Shown: in pieces, positions 62,889 through 64,000 of the stretch
Numbering within the stretch: the stretch's first letter is position 1
Layout of the letters: each line of letters opens with the position of its first letter
NCBI GenBank assembly: GCA_047967505.1
Contig: CM106538.1
Reading direction: 5' to 3' (one strand)
Source of the DNA: Dipteris shenzhenensis
Taxonomy: Eukaryota
DNA: 64,000 nucleotides
The notes under the pieces: generated by a model
The model's database searches: none
What the model saw: only the letters and a program-made list of their open reading frames with translations
Told to the model about the DNA's origin: nothing
Program-made: the position numbers and the translations under genes

Positions 62889-64000
62889 CTGATACCATGT
62901 GAAGATAGTGGGAGAGAGGGAAGGAGTCTCACTTGCGGCTTTCTCACATGCACAATGGGGGAATACACACAAAGGTGGAGGCTGAAAACAGTTTTCCTCT
63001 TCTTAGTTGTGAAAGCCAAAAGAACTCAAGTACAAAGAAAATAGAAGAACCCTATATGTGGGTCTCAAACCAAACTCAACTAACTAAGGTGGCATACTAA
63101 CTGAGCCACAAACTAGAGTAGATAAGGATAGCTGTCATCCAGCTATTATTTGTGGGTGGTGTACCAACCGCATCTCCAGCTAACAAGTCGGTGACATAAA
63201 TACACAACGGTCATCCTGGCATATCGCGAGTGGAGCTCGATATCTCAACAAAAGGCCTTAGTTTCACTCAGGTCACTGTTTTGAGTCCTAGTTGCGGAAA
63301 CCAAAATTAATTAATAACTCATGATGCGTGTGTGAGTTTGAGTTGAAATAAAGAGAAAGTTGCATTTATTTTCTATTACAATGAATTCTGTGTAATCAGA
63401 CAGTGGTTTCTGACAAAAGAGAAAGGACTTGCCTTGTAAACTGGTCATTTTTAGTCCTAATTATTAAAAATAATGTATTGAGTCATATCTCTGGGTTGGT
63501 GTGTCAAAATGCAATGAAATAACAAGGAGGTGCTGTTTATTTTTTGAGAGAAATAATAATTTCAAATCAAAAGGGTGCATTGAAGAAAAGGTCAATAAGT
63601 AAAATACCTAATTAAATGCTCATCCAAGATATGATGTCTAGTGATGATTACATGTGAAGGTGTTTCGAAACATGGTGAAATAAAAAGAGAGTGCCATTCA
63701 TTTTCTGTTTTAAATCTGAATATTAAGTTATATTTCAAAGATGTTTAATATTGATAGTGGCTCCTTTGTAAAAGTCATGGAAGGCAATGTGTGATAAGAG
63801 TAATGAGATTGGACTACATTAGTGCTATTTAGGATTTCTCTAGCCTAGTATTACCCTTTTTAATGTGCAATAGCCTAATACTTGGCTAGTCAGATACCCA
63901 TATTTGAGGATACCTTTAGGGTTCTCCAAAGGTTCACCTCTCTACACAACAATCTTGGAGGTGGTGTATTCAATACTCTACAATAAGAAATCCACCAAAA

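Larger units (their letters stand above)
56947..63250 (-). mobile_element. Older, internally deleted Copia copy of the same family, hosting the nested element
   Basis: 5' LTR at 62898-63250, split PBS (62889-62897 and 57318-57326), and leader 57158-57326 fused to a partial 3' LTR at 56947-57157. Confidence 0.8.

Overview
Repeat-dense land-plant nuclear DNA, most consistent with a fern; this is inferred from the PLS-PPR gene with a 'KKPGxSWW' DYW:WW-type C-terminus. From left to right: (1) a spliced minus-strand pseudogene with two tandem Ulp1/C48-like protease domains (about 1.5-11.1 kb). One exon is interrupted by a gag-only LTR element with a GTAAC target-site duplication, and that element's 5' LTR is split by a 4.5-kb mosaic insert. 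(2) A decayed Copia pol and a (CT)n/C-rich tract. (3) A 6.9-kb array of about 182-bp monomers with internal inverted repeats and trimeric and nonameric higher-order structure. It abuts, and may be spliced to, a decayed DUF7869/Sola1-like DDE transposase gene (about 24-27 kb). (4) Gypsy remnants and minisatellites. (5) An intact, roughly 1080-codon PLS-PPR gene whose E+/DYW part is frameshifted and separated by an insert carrying an O-methyltransferase pseudogene. (6) A nested LTR cluster in which a young Copia inserted into the primer-binding site of an internally deleted copy of its own family. The best candidate for an undescribed system is the structured array plus transposase unit, possibly including the divergent double-Ulp1 gene. 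All family assignments come from motifs recognised by eye; no database search was run.
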